Assembly: GCA_964019335.1 (NCBI GenBank)
Contig: OZ025654.1
Location: forward strand, 807,494 to 871,493
Reading direction: 5' to 3'
Source of the DNA: Diplonema japonicum
Lineage: Eukaryota; Protista; Euglenozoa: Diplonemea
DNA length: 64,000 nt
Below the pieces are notes generated by a model. It was not told the origin of the DNA and searched no databases. It was given only the letters and a program-made list of their open reading frames with translations. Shown here one piece after another: positions 1 through 10,612 of this stretch (position 1 is its first letter; each line of letters starts with the position of its first letter). Made by a program: the position numbers and the translations under genes.

Positions 1-2
1 AG

Positions 3-356
3 GAAGAGATAGAGAACCTTTCGTACTCCCGCACGGTTCAGCATGTGATGTACCCGAAGCACAGCCTGAAAACACTGCTGGTCTTCGAAGTGATGGCCAA
101 GAAGCAAATGATCGAGGAGGAGTGGATGTACCAGCTGGATGAGAAAGAAAAGAACGACCCCCACAAAGCATATAACAAAAGCTACACCCTGTTCATGGCA
201 GGGGATGTTGAAGGTGCTGTACGCGAGCTTGAAGTTTATGCTAGTGGTGGGGTTTGGGATTCCGTGGTACAGAGGTATAGGGAGAAGCTTCAGAGGGCGA
301 TCGACCACCCGATCCTTTGTGATCCTTATGGGAAGCATGAGGGCCTTGTGAGTTGA
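3..356 (+). CDS. 3' end of a protein running in from the left, probably the C-terminus of an adenylate/guanylate cyclase-like protein
   Basis: The frame is open from base 3 (EEIENLSYSRTVQHVMYPK...). It contains EEEWMYQL followed by YNKSYTLFMAGD...D-S-V-V, resembling the tails of euglenozoan cyclase-like proteins. Family recognised from memory only. Confidence 0.5.
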   Translation, partial: EEIENLSYSRTVQHVMYPKHSLKTLLVFEVMAKKQMIEEEWMYQLDEKEKNDPHKAYNKSYTLFMAGDVEGAVRELEVYASGGVWDSVVQRYREKLQRAIDHPILCDPYGKHEGLVS

Positions 357-790
357 AACCCTTTTTTTTTATATTATTTTTATATGGTAAGGTTCACTCT
401 TCTGACATATATTGCCATTTTCTTCTTCTTTTCTTCTTTCTCTTTGACATCGATTTGTATCGATGTCGTCCTCCCTCACCCCGAATTGTAAAGATTTCTG
501 CCCCCCCCTAAAAAAAATAAAAAGGCACCCATTCCCTGTAAAAGGCTTTGCTATGTAGTGTGAGATTTATCGCAGATAGCCAAAGTATCTTTTTCAGGAG
601 ACGGTGCCGTCCCTTCCCTCTTCTTTTTCTTAATATGTCCCCCCCTTGAATGAAAAAAGAGGGGGAAAAGAATCAAGCTGAAGAAAAGGCCGGCAAAGCC
701 TTTACCACTTATAGTATATTGATGCTTTTTTCCTCTTTTTTTTTTCTTTGCGAGAAAACGAGTCTTTTGGCTTCGTTTTAATTATTTTAA

Positions 791-2550
791 CCACTAAAGG
801 ACCGGGGGTTTTAGCGAAAAAAGTGCCAAGGACCGTCTATTTACGAACCCGGAAAAAAGAAATGCGAGAGTTTAACCATAGGAAAGTACACTATACCCTT
901 TAAAAAGCACGTGACTCAGGGGGTAAAAAAAACAGTTTATTTTTCATGCAGGGGGGCTTACTTAGTGTTCATACGGGGTCGGGAGAGGAAATATACGACG
1001 AAGTACTGAGCATCACGAGCGACCTTGCTCAACCCACTCGAGGGCGCTTGGGCGGAGGACAGCCTCCCCCACTTTTTTTTTCCCCGCAGATGTCGATTTT
1101 CTTCCAACATTGGGTCCTGGCGGACGCTGGAGCCTTTGAGGATTTTTTTTTCAAGCGTCCCCAGAATTGTCGGTATTTTATCATGTCAGGGTGGTCATTT
1201 TTTGTATGAAAAATCTCAAAGCACTCAGGGCACAGGGCAACATTGCACGTTTTGCAGGTGTAAAATTGTTTCTTTTTTATTTTTGGCACAGCCTTGAGGT
1301 GAATTTCATACTATAGGCAAAGTCGTAGAGATTAAAGGCAAAATTATAGGCAAAGCCGAAAAGGTTAACACGGGTTTAGTACGGCCGTGCCACAAGAGGA
1401 ACCGGATGCTGTCCGAACTCTGCCGCATGACTCTGTCATGGCGTGAGATTTGTTTGCTGGCCTCCTTTTTCGTTTTTCTGCCCACTGTCGTCTTCCGGAG
1501 TTGAACCGTGCCCATGGGGTTGTATTTTTCTGTTGCGCTGAACCTCCGATAGCATGCATACCCATACTCAAAAGAGAGCAGAAGAACTGGTAATTAGAAT
1601 AAAGATTATCCATCGCAACCCAGTGACCACGATGCTCGAACTGTCGCAGAAGACATGGTACCGTGTCCTCCGGGTCCCCACCAGGGTAAATTCTAATGTT
1701 AAGCGCGCACCCTGTGCATGAATGCGGCGGAGTACACCTTAAAGCCATAGCGCTTGCGTTTAGCTGGTCGAAAAACGCTGTGCTTAAGGCGGGAGAAGGA
1801 GCGAATCAATGCTCAGCCCTTGACCGGGGGTGGTATGCAGCTTTCCAGCTGGGGGAGTCCGGGAATGCAGCATCTCCACTTTTGATAGTGTCCCGTTGCC
1901 CTGGGAGCCAAAGTGGACACAACAAGAAGATATGGATAAATGTGGTGCGGCCCAGGACACGGCCTATGTAAGGCGTTGCAATCTCTTCCTTTGTAGACCA
2001 GCAGTCCTTGACGCCCGCCCTGCAGACTTCGTCCATCAAGGCGGGCAGAACCCAGACGGCTATCCAGGTGTTCAGTTGTACCACGTCTGCGTCGAATGTG
2101 GTGCCCTTGGATGTGGTGCCTTGGATGTGGCATACACCTTCGAACAGCTGATAATGGACCTCAGCAAGCTGTTTGTGATAAACAAACAGAAAAGTTGTAG
2201 CCTATCCATGTTGCTGTTCGATGTTGCTGGACCCCTGTACCCATGTCACTTCCTGGCCGGTATACGGTTGATATTTGTCCCCCAACGCACACCACCCTCA
2301 TCTGAGGTGCTGGAGTTGGAAGAAGCACTTCAGAAGCTGCTCTCAAATAATAAGTACAAAAGGACACCAAAGCAACCCCCTTGGGGACGGGTTTTTGTGT
2401 TTATTCTTCGCGCAAAAGGGTATTTCAAATAAAAAAAAATCGCGGAACAATGGGTCTCAGTAAAGTCCAGGGGCTGTGTGGCACAAAAAGTGTCACATAG
2501 AAAAGATAATTTTTCTTAAGGACACATATGTCCTCATGGTCCTTTAGTGG
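791..2550 (-). mobile_element. piggyBac-type DNA transposon, degenerate
   Basis: Perfect 13-bp TIRs CCACTAAAGGACC (791-803, 2538-2550) are flanked by TTAA on both sides (787-790, 2551-2554). Transposase remnants lie inside on the - strand. Confidence 0.9.
1029..2370 (-). pseudogene. Fragmented piggyBac transposase
   Basis: GHWVAMDNLYSN resembles the DNFYTS catalytic motif. YTCKTCNVALCPECFEIFH is a Cys-rich C-terminal domain. The pieces are split over several frames. Confidence 0.8.
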
Positions 2551-3675
2551 TTAAAAAGGAATAAAAAAAAATATAAATACTATTTATATGAACGTGCTTT
2601 TTTTAATGTTCCCACAGGACCACGGTTCCAGCTCCAAATGGGCACATGCAGCAAGCAACGGCCAGTGCTGACCTACATTGTTGGGGGACAGGGGGGGGGG
2701 GGCATTTTTCTTGTACTTCAAATATGCCTGGTCAAGAGTGCTGCGAAACGGCCAATGCCCCCCCCCTCCACCCTTTTGTTTCTCACGACGGGAAAAAGAA
2801 AATGCTGCAAAATGAAAATGTCCAGAGCAGCGGAGACTCTTCCCTCTTTTTTAAGGGGGATCCTCAAGTGGGATTTGCCCTCAAACACCGCCTACTTTTT
2901 TTTTTTTCTTTCTTTTCTACACCGCTTCCCCGTTATAGGGCAAGTACCTCCCTCTCTCTCAGATAACAAGAAGGTTGCACTCAAGTGTGTAAATTTCTTG
3001 TGACGCTGTAAAATCTTTCTATGTACTACCTTTTTTTTTTTAAAAAAAGATTTATTTACTAAGCTGAGGTGCCCCCTGTAATCAAGTAGACTGCACTGTG
3101 CAGGGCGCCCACTAGCTTCCTTTGTCTCTCACATAAATTATCGAGTTTACTATCTGTCTTCTCCCTGTTAGCAATATTGCAATGCAGGGGGAGGAAAAGA
3201 AAGTGATATCCCCCCAACATACATTTCACAAGCAAAAAGGGCTTAATTCACATTTTCAGCTATCAATCTTCATCCAAACAAAAATAATATAGAAGAACCA
3301 TTCACGACCGTGACCCGTAGGGAGTGATAGTGGTCCTGCTGCAAAAAACCCCACCCCCACCCCAAGGACTTCACCCGAGATCGAAGGTTACGGCCACCCC
3401 TCTCTTTCCCATCCTATTTATTTATTCCGCTACTTAAAAAAAATAAAAATAAAAGAGATATAAAAGAAGTCTTTGTATCACAGTGTGCTGCTGTTCTGCT
3501 TTTTGGAATATCTCTTTTCCCACCCCTTTCTTCTTCCTTCATTCATTTCCTTCATCCCCCCTTTCTTTTTGCCCCCTTCCATTGCCTGTGTTTGGAAAAA
3601 GACCCCCCCCCCCCCCATGTACCATCATTGATAAGGTTCATCACAGTACAATAAAAAACAAAAGAAAATAGAAAA

Positions 3676-4227
3676 ATGGTGCCAGATCCGAAAGTAAGGC
3701 CGGCTTTCTTCAACGCAATGGGATCGAAAAGGAACAGACGGAGGGCGGGGATCTCAGAGATGAAGGCGGCGCAGATGGGGAACAACGGGCGAAACGGGCT
3801 GAAGACCTTCAGGGAGATGGCAGAAAAGGGGCAATGGGGGAGGGTCCACAACGGGCACTTCGACTGGTGGATGTTCCCCATCGAAGACGGGTCACAGGGA
3901 CAGTACAACGTCCTTGAAATGGACGTGAAAGAGCTCCAAGCCGACCAAGAGTACATGAAGAACTACCGTGAGGCAGTTGCTCTCGTTGTCCGGGCATGGG
4001 GGTGGGACATTGACGAAGCGTCACCTGTTTCCCCCATGGTTCAGGGGATGGGGTGGACAAGCTGGGATGTCAGGCTTGCCAAGATCACCCGCTCCCTGTG
4101 GCTCTTCGAACAGGCCGACTATCTTGCGTCGATTCAAAAGTTCGCAAGGACCCTGAAGCCCAACGGGGGGTTTCGGTACGGCCGTATAAACCTCGATGAA
4201 ATCCTACACATGAAACTCCCCAGGTGA
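3676..4227 (+). CDS. Small protein with an OGFr-N/DUF1810-like domain, copy 1
   Basis: 183-aa ORF with HFDWWMFP and WDVRLAKITRSLWLF motifs, resembling the HxxxQWLFP and LRITRILKSL motifs of OGFr-like domains. Duplicated at 4838. Confidence 0.65.
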   Translation: MVPDPKVRPAFFNAMGSKRNRRRAGISEMKAAQMGNNGRNGLKTFREMAEKGQWGRVHNGHFDWWMFPIEDGSQGQYNVLEMDVKELQADQEYMKNYREAVALVVRAWGWDIDEASPVSPMVQGMGWTSWDVRLAKITRSLWLFEQADYLASIQKFARTLKPNGGFRYGRINLDEILHMKLPR

Positions 4228-4837
4228 ATACACCCCCGCCCCCCTTGTTGCTTTCTTTCCGTTGCCCCCCCCCCTTTTTTTTTGGACTCCGAAAAACGAG
4301 TGGGGTGGCCTCTGCTTTTCTTTTTTTTTACATTATTAGTCTTTACCTTTCGAGTAGCGGTGTACACCCCCTCCCTTTTTTTTGGTCTTTCATTTTAGAC
4401 CATTGAAGAAGATAGAAGATCAAAATCATCGCAGTAGGGGACACTGTTTTGTACAAAAGATTCCGATCCCCCCCCCTTTTTTTTGGCGTTTTCTGTTATC
4501 TTGGGTTCTTCTCACCCCCCCCCCCCCCCCCCCCCCATGTTGAAGGAAACGCGTTTCCAAGCTTTTTTTTGAAAATAAGGAAACGGCAACTTCCTTATTT
4601 TGAGACTGTTTCCTTAAGAAGGGAACACGTTTCCTCTGAAAAAGAAGCGCGTTTCCTTAGGTATCTGAAAAATAAGGAAACGGGAACGTTTCCCCGTTTC
4701 TTGCCAGTATAGCCCCCTCCTCCTCTTCATTCCTTAGTGCAAACCTAGAAAGAAAAAACACGTCTGATTATCTTTTGTTTCGTTTTCTCTTTTCAGCATA
4801 CTAGTAACAACCATGCAGCGCTCTCTGCAATTTTGAA

Positions 4838-5401
4838 ATGTTTCGCACCCTCCCCTGTCTGGGGTTGGTACGACCAGCGTTTTTCAATGCAAGAGGGGTG
4901 AAGAAGAACACTAGCCGCGCGAGTTTAGTAGACATGAAGGCGGCGCAGATGGGAAACAACGGGCGAAACGGGCTGAAGACCTTCAGGGAGATGGCAGAAA
5001 AGGGGCAATGGGGGAGGGTCCACAACGGGCACTTCGACTGGTGGATGTTCCCCATCGAAGACGGGTCACAGGGACAGTACAACGTCCTTGAAATGGACGT
5101 GAAAGAGCTCCAAGCCGACCAAGAGTACATGAAGAACTACCGTGAGGCAGTTGCTCTCGTTGTCCGGGCATGGGGGTGGGACATTGACAAAGCGTCACCT
5201 GTTTCCCCCATGGTTCAGGGGATGGGGTGGACAAGCTGGGATGTCAGGCTTGCCAAGATCACCCGCTCCCTGTGGCTCTTCGAACAGGCCGACTATCTTG
5301 CGTCGATTCAAAAGTTCGCAAGGACCCTGAAGCCCAACGGGGGGTTTCGGTTTGGCCGTATAAACCTCGATGAAATCCTACACATGAAAGTCCCTAGGTG
5401 A
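4838..5401 (+). CDS. Small protein with an OGFr-N/DUF1810-like domain, copy 2
   Basis: 187-aa ORF, near-identical to copy 1 from MKAAQM (4934) to the stop, with a different N-terminus. Confidence 0.65.
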   Translation: MFRTLPCLGLVRPAFFNARGVKKNTSRASLVDMKAAQMGNNGRNGLKTFREMAEKGQWGRVHNGHFDWWMFPIEDGSQGQYNVLEMDVKELQADQEYMKNYREAVALVVRAWGWDIDKASPVSPMVQGMGWTSWDVRLAKITRSLWLFEQADYLASIQKFARTLKPNGGFRFGRINLDEILHMKVPR

Positions 5402-5512
5402 TGTGATCATCGCTTGTGGTCTCCCTTTTCTTTTAAATTTCTTTTACAACCTTCACACATTTGTGTAATAGTAATAATATAAAAAAGGCATTTTAAAAAA
5501 AGACTCGCAACC

Positions 5513-6688
5513 ATGTCACGCACTTTCATGTTCTCGTCTGAGCACGTGACAGAGGGTCACCCTGACAAGATGTGCGATCAGTTCTCCGATGCTGTGCTGG
5601 ACGCGTGCCTTGCTGACGACCCCATGTCGAAGGTGGCGTGCGAGTCATGCTGCAAGACAGGGATGGTGATGGTGTTCGGTGAGATCACCACGAAGGCCGT
5701 GCTTGACTACCAGACCATCCTCCGCAACACGGTGAAGAAAATCGGCTACGATGACTCCTCTAAGGGCTTCGACTACAAGACCTGCAACGTGGTGGTCGCC
5801 ATCGAGCAGCAGTCCCCCGACATTGGCCAGTGCACCCAGTACGAGCACGAAGCCGAGCTCGGTGCTGGAGACCAGGGCCTCATGTTCGGGTACGCCACTG
5901 ACGAGACCGAGACCCTGATGCCCCTCTCCTACGAGCTCGCCCGTCAGCTCGCCCAGAAGCACTCCGAGAAGCGCAACAACGGTACCCTTGAGTGGGCCCG
6001 CCCTGACGCCAAGACCCAGGTTACCGTGGAGTACAGAGTAGAGGAGAAGGGTGCCGCCAAGCTTCTGACGCCCCTCCGTGTGCATTGCATCTTGATCTCC
6101 TCGCAGCACAGCGAGGATGTCACCAACGAGAAGATCAGGGAGGACCTGAAGGCGCTGTGCAAGGAGGTCATCCCCGCGAAGTACCTTGACGAAAAGACCA
6201 TCTACCACTTGAACCCCTCTGGCAGGTTCGTGATCGGCGGGCCGCAGGGTGACGCTGGTCTGACCGGTAGGAAGATCATTGTGGACACCTACGGTGGGTG
6301 GGGTGCTCACGGTGGTGGTGCCTTCTCTGGGAAGGACCCTACCAAGGTGGACAGGTCAGCGTGCTACGCCGCCAGGTGGATCGCCAAGTCCATCGTTGCC
6401 GCCGGCCTCGCTAAGAGGTGCATTGTCCAGCTGGCCTACGCCATCGGTGTCGCCGAGCCCCTCTCCATCTACGTGGACTCCTACGGCACTGGCAAGCACT
6501 CTGACGAAGACCTCCTTAAGATTGTGAACGCCAACTTCCGCCTCAGGCCCTACGACATCATCAAGGACCTCGACCTCAGGAGGCCCATCTACTCCGAGAC
6601 CTCCTCCATGGGTCACTTCGGTAGAACCTCCGAGAAGGGATTCACCTGGGAGAAGCCCAGGACCCTTGTCATCCCTGAGTTGAACTGA
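5513..6688 (+). CDS. metK: S-adenosylmethionine synthetase (canonical MAT type)
   Basis: 391 aa with the signature motifs [34 protein letters not shown] and GGGAFSGKD. Strong GC3 codon bias. Confidence 0.98.
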   Translation: MSRTFMFSSEHVTEGHPDKMCDQFSDAVLDACLADDPMSKVACESCCKTGMVMVFGEITTKAVLDYQTILRNTVKKIGYDDSSKGFDYKTCNVVVAIEQQSPDIGQCTQYEHEAELGAGDQGLMFGYATDETETLMPLSYELARQLAQKHSEKRNNGTLEWARPDAKTQVTVEYRVEEKGAAKLLTPLRVHCILISSQHSEDVTNEKIREDLKALCKEVIPAKYLDEKTIYHLNPSGRFVIGGPQGDAGLTGRKIIVDTYGGWGAHGGGAFSGKDPTKVDRSACYAARWIAKSIVAAGLAKRCIVQLAYAIGVAEPLSIYVDSYGTGKHSDEDLLKIVNANFRLRPYDIIKDLDLRRPIYSETSSMGHFGRTSEKGFTWEKPRTLVIPELN

Positions 6689-6797
6689 TCTCAATAATTC
6701 TAATCCCTCATTGTTATCACTTTTTTTTCTTCTTTTTTTTTTCTTTCTTTGGGTTTCCAATAGCTACTAAGAAAAAAAAGAAAGTACGCGTGTGAAC

Positions 6798-9700
6798 ATG
6801 TCGCGAGTAGAGCCTAGGGCGTCGTATGATGCGGGCTTGGTCTACCCGCAGGACAGCGTGGAGATCGAAGAAGAGATCCGCAGGTTGTTTTCCATCAGGA
6901 CGGTGTTCATTGTGCTTTGCTTCGGGACCGCTGCCGGGCTCTTCACGGTAACGGTGGTGGGGAGCACCTTGTGCGACGGGGCTCTGGAGAAGACAGAGGA
7001 TGCAAACAACGCAGCTTTCAACGCATGTTACGTCGCAACTGAAGAAGACCTGAACGCAAACGTTCGCGATCAAGCAATGCTGGAAGGAAGCTATCTAACA
7101 GGAAGAGTGACAGACTACCTAAACCTGCTCGATTCGTTAGTCGCAAAAACCATGCTTGAGTTGCGGATCATTGAATCGAGGGAAGGGCCCTTGATGTCGG
7201 GGTGGGACTTGATTCTCCACATGGAGCACGAACTCGTTGTGTCTGTTGCTACCATGCACTCGTTTGGGCTCCGATCTTTCGCCTTCTCGATTGGAATACT
7301 TGGAATCAATGTGGGCAAGACCATCGACTCGAATGAGGTGCGGAAGGATTGGATGAACGGGACTAACCCACCATCGTACGCTTACACCGTCATGATCAAC
7401 ACAACAACAGGCGCGGACGAAGGCGAAACCACGCTCTTCTTCCTCCATGAGCTCGGGAACCCTCTGTACCCCGCGTATACAACTGGGATACAGACTTCAA
7501 GGGAACCCCAGTGGAGCCCGCTATTGGAGATTGGTTCCTCGGTTTCTGCGATTCAATTTGTTCAATGGATCGATGCCCGCACCGACACACTATCAGGGCT
7601 GTATGTAACGCTATCAATGAATAAGCTGTCGGAGGTGTTGCAATCCAGTTTGGAGGAGGTCGGAGGCATGGCCTACATCGTTGTCGCGGACAGTTGGATG
7701 GCGAACGCCTACGCAGGCCTCCCGGACCCGCAACCGTTCCTCACTATGATAAGCAACGATACAGGGGTTTTAGTCGCTACCAGCCACGGCAACGCCAGCC
7801 GTGTGGTGGATGGGTCAAGCCGGAAAATCAAAGATGTTGAGGCCACTGATCCCGGCATCATGTCCGTTGCCAAATTCATACACAGCATCGGTGGCTACCA
7901 GCACATTGTAGACACCGACCTTGTACAGGCACCGATCAACAACCGCACGATGATCATCTGCGTAGTGAAATACGAACCCTACGAGTCCATTTCATGGTTC
8001 ATCACAATGGCTTTGGAGTACTCAGTGGTCATGGCGAACGCAGAGGCGATCGGGAACCAGGCACGCGCGAACCGCGACGAAGAAGAGAAGAAAGCAAAGG
8101 ACGACATCACGAAAAACCTCCTCCTCTCGAGGATCATAGCCGGCTGCATCACGATGATCTTTCTCGGCTGCAGTTTGCTCACGTCCCGGTCCATTGCGAA
8201 GCCCATCAAGCAGCTGCAGGTTGACATGAAGCACGTCTCGGCGATGGATCTCTCCGAAGCGAAGGAACATGACGAGCTCAGCTACGTCAAGGAAATCGCG
8301 GAGATCCAGACAGGGTTCGCGAAGATGATCGTCAACCTGGAGGAGTTCCGCGCGTACGTCCCGTCCGCCTTGCTCGGCACGAATTTTGTAAAGGCGACAC
8401 CGCCACAAGGTGATATAGCATTGGTCTTCACCGACATCGTGAGCTCGACATCCCTGTGGGCAAAGGCACCCATCGAAATGGACACGGCTTTGGAGCTGCA
8501 CAACACCGTAATGCGCGAGGCATGCGCGGCGTTCGACGGCTATGAGGTGAAGACCATCGGAGATGCTTTCATGGTCGCCTTCACGTCGTCGGTACCCGCG
8601 TTGAAGTTCTGCTGCAAAGTCCAAACCGACCTCGCCCAACAAGTTTGGCCGGAGGCCATCGAACTCCCCCCCATAAGCACCGCCAAAGATATCCTCCTAT
8701 GGAACGGGATCAGAGTACGGATGGGTTGCCACCACGGTGAAGCTGTCCTCGAGGAAAACCCATTAACTGGAAGATCAGACTACAGGGGCACCGTGGTGAA
8801 CACAGCATCACGTGTCGAAAGCAAGGCCATGCCGGGGACCATATGCATCACAGACACGACAAAAACAGCGATCGAAGGCCACTCCGAACCGTGGGTCGTG
8901 AAAGACCATGGAAAACATGATCTGAAAGGCCTCGGGGATGTGCACTTAAGCCTGCTCATCACGACCACACTCTCTGAGAGACTGGAGTGGAGCGACGCGA
9001 CTGTGAAGATCCACAGAGGCGACAGTTATACAAGCGGTGGGACGCAAGGAACGGTCGACTCCCTCGAGAAGAACAAAAAGCGGAAATCTCACACGAACAC
9101 CGTTAAAAAGACGAAACTGAACGTGGTGAAGGGGGACGTGACCGTGGCTACGGTGGGGCTGATGAAGGACAAGCAAAACATGCTCTTCGAATACTGCAAC
9201 ATAATGGTGCGTGTGGTGTCAGACTCCGCTAACCAAACGGAAGGGATGGTGGGGGGGATGTGCGGGTCGTGGATGTGGGTAGCATGGAACACAACAAAAC
9301 CAAACAAGGTCCACAGCGCTTGCGGGCTTCGATTTGTCGCTGAACTAAAGCGTAGAACTGATGGAATCTTCAAGGTGGGGCTGTGCACCGGACCCGCATT
9401 GCACGGTAACGTAGGCACGCAGGCCAACAGGTTCCAAAACATCTTCGGGTCGACGCTTCGCTTGTCGATAGCCGCAGCGGACTACACCGCGATGTTTAGC
9501 ACCTTCGCGCTGATCGCGGACAATGCAAACAATAGCTTCACAACGCAGCCCAGTATTACCTCTTACATCAGGATAGTGGACTCTTGGCTGCACAGCCGCG
9601 ACGAGTTAGATAGTTTGATCAACGTATATGAAGTAATGACTTCGAAACTACTTGATTCTCTAGAGTGGTCGTCTGGGTTCAGGTATTAAAGATGTGGAGG

Positions 9701-9974
9701 GGGGAAAAAGAAATCACTGTAGTGACGTAAACGACATTCATGCTACACTTTATTACGGGGCCCTGCAGTCCTCGCAAGGGCTTGAGAAGTTTAATCAGCA
9801 CGTAGATGAGAACCCTGAAGATTTTGTGTTGCAGGTTTCCCCCCTTTTTTTTTTGTGGGGAATAAATATGTCCAAAAAAAAATACAGGCAATGAAACATA
9901 TTCTTGCAACTGGAGTGTGCACCCCAAGATACAGAGTGCAAGTGGAGCTATCTGACCTGCCGCCTGGGGTGTGA
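6798..9974 (+). CDS. Receptor-type class III adenylate cyclase (TM, extracellular sensor, TM, HAMP-like, cyclase, degenerate second cyclase); exons 6798-9682, 9723-9834, 9888-9974
   Basis: Two hydrophobic helices, plus the motifs FTDIVSST, GYEVKTIGDAFM, GIRVRMG and DYRGTVVNTASRVE. Two GT-AG introns restore an open frame to TGA at 9972-9974. Confidence 0.88.
9683..9722 (+). other. 40-nt GT-AG intron in the cyclase gene
   Basis: GTATTA...CTGTAG. Its removal joins ...SGFS to DVNDIHATLYY in frame and bypasses the stop at 9687-9689. Confidence 0.75.
9835..9887 (+). other. 53-nt GT-AG intron in the cyclase gene
   Basis: CAG|GTTTCC...ATACAG|GCA, phase 0. Gives the terminal exon AMKHILATGVCTPRYRVQVELSDLPPGV*. 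Confidence 0.72.
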
Positions 9975-10519
9975 ATAGGAGGGGGGGGAACAAAAAAGAT
10001 CCTTGTTTTACAACTTTGGACCAGTGTTTGTCATTGTGTATCTTGGTTAAATTATTTTAACCGCTGGCACAAAACCATACTTTCCCCAGTGAATTTTGTT
10101 TTCCCTTTCCTGATGGTCGTTGCAAAGCCAGGTTTTGCTTGGCTGAATGCACGGCCAACACAAGCGTTCCTTTTATTTCTTACACCGAAGGGCTGAGTTT
10201 GTTTGGAAGATAGCTGCCGTATTTTTAATTTTTTAGAATTTTAAAGTCAGACCCAGAATTTTGCTTAGGTTTTCCTCCGACACCTCAACATATTTTCGCT
10301 CAAGAAAAGAAAAAAAGATGAAGAAGATTCCCACAAATTCTCGGTTTTCATTCGAAAGTTGAAGCTTCTTTTGCGCTTTTTATTTTATTTGTTTCCTGAT
10401 TGTATTATTACTTACTAATGATATCAGTATCCTGTCAGTACTAAAAGGCTATTCTCCTTGCAGCGCATTTGAGCGCTCTAAGAAAAAGAAAAAAAAAAAA
10501 AAAAAAAAAAGAATAGGTG

Positions 10520-10596
10520 CCACTTCCTTGTTTTCTTCGTTTTTCTTTCTTCACTTTTGCGCTTTCTCCCCAAAGATATTTCATTGTGTACCACAG
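10520..10596 (+). promoter_or_regulatory. Putative polypyrimidine tract and trans-splice acceptor (CCACAG)
   Basis: A pyrimidine-rich run is followed by AG at 10595-10596, 16 nt before ATG 10613. The same CCACAG arrangement occurs at 15706-15711. Confidence 0.4.
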
Positions 10597-10612
10597 GTGT
10601 TCACTTAAAGAA

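Noticed and set aside
10517-10612. Upstream extensions of the ORFs at 10517, 37276, 36134 and 6792
   Set aside because: They begin at non-ATG codons and mostly run through pyrimidine tracts or element ends. The first ATG gives a sensible N-terminus.
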